Shown piece by piece: positions 63,605-64,000 of a DNA stretch of 64,000 nucleotides. The position numbers and the translations under genes are program-made. The notes below the pieces were generated by a model that did not search any database, had not been told where the DNA came from, and saw only the letters and a list, made by a program, of their open reading frames with translations. Location: NCBI GenBank assembly GCA_017601225.1, contig JAFNIX010000011.1, forward strand, positions 1,121 through 65,120, given 5' to 3'. Source of the stretch: Candidatus Brockarchaeota archaeon (lineage in GTDB: Archaea > Thermoproteota > EX4484-205 > JAAOZP01). Numbering within the stretch: position 1 is the stretch's first letter; every line of letters begins with the position of its first letter.

Positions 63605-63845
63605 CAACGCATACTTCAATTTTAGGTTCAACATTATAATATTTGGCAATATGAAGTTTGTAACTATTATCTAATCGCTTGCGAAGAGCACTCTCGCAAT
63701 AACGGGTTCCTCCACTTTGTAAATTAGATAGTAGTATTGTTGGAATTGGATTAAGGCCTAAATTTCATAGGAATGATAGCATGAATATGGTTGTTGAAAG
63801 AAGAAAATTTATGTAATGAAGCTGGCGACATAGAATAGAGGGGGC

Positions 63846-64000
63846 TTGAATCGCGGGATTCTCCCTATAGAGGAGCCTAAGCTTAAGCCTCTTGCCAACC
63901 TTCAAGCTAGAGATATTGTCTTACTAATAACGGTAATAATGGGGGTTAAGCCTATTGCAACGTTGGTTGTTCCTTTAGAAGTCAAAGGATGGTTGCAGCG
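63846..64000 (+). CDS. possible 5' end of an ORF running off the right edge (unknown function)
   Basis: Open frame from TTG 63846: LNRGILPIEEPKLKPLANLQARDIVLLITVIMGVKPIATLVVPLEVKGWLQ…. No stop occurs before the window ends. There is no other support. Confidence 0.25.
   Translation, partial: MNRGILPIEEPKLKPLANLQARDIVLLITVIMGVKPIATLVVPLEVKGWLQ

Noticed and set aside
1-64000. Looked for CRISPR arrays, rRNA, tRNA, IS elements and integrases
   Set aside because: I saw no regularly spaced direct repeats, no rRNA-like or cloverleaf-capable segments in the intergenic regions, and no transposase or integrase-like ORFs. This was visual inspection only, so short or degenerate elements could have been missed.

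Overview
This is an archaeal chromosomal segment. The evidence is TFB, Hjc, an EndoQ-type PHP nuclease, two archaeal-type ApgM phosphoglycerate mutases, NFACT/Rqc2, TrmI, TATA boxes about 25 nt upstream of leaderless starts, and GGTGAT-type Shine-Dalgarno motifs. It looks like a thermophilic Thermoproteota-like lineage, but I cannot assign a taxon without a search. I saw no rRNA, tRNA, CRISPR array, transposase or integrase.

Layout:
- 0-28 kb: mostly housekeeping and small-molecule genes. These include a GH51 fragment, carB, GH3, hjc, apgM, NFACT, an aminotransferase, trmI, endoQ-like, a second apgM, msrA, and an SLC41/MgtE-like channel with two TrkA-C proteins. Two decayed genes are interspersed: a P-loop ATPase and a TspO-like membrane protein.
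- 28-38 kb: a sugar or amino-sugar style locus. It holds an M24-fold hydrolase lacking two metal ligands, a PIG-L deacetylase, an MFS transporter, DUF4838, a ParB-like protein, a Gfo/Idh/MocA oxidoreductase and an epimerase.
- 38-51 kb: an AT-richer island of giant membrane proteins. It is bracketed by a small membrane-protein gene and a decayed copy of that gene's 3' end. Inside are three OPT-like polytopic permeases and a 1500-aa M28-like/PA/FtsX-like fusion with no ABC ATPase. Two of the permeases are 669-aa paralogs sharing a 242-bp near-identical 5' end and promoter.
- 54.3-61.6 kb: the best candidate for an undescribed system. It is a tightly coupled three-gene operon: a signal peptide / coiled-coil / C-terminal-TM surface protein, then an 1820-aa protein, then a 203-aa orphan. 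In the 1820-aa protein my hand count finds 13 N-glycosylation sequons in the first ~905 residues and none in the last ~915. Its extreme C-terminus carries a clean PD-(D/E)xK plus QxxxY nuclease signature.

All calls rest on reading the translations and the DNA by eye. No searches, folds or statistics were run.
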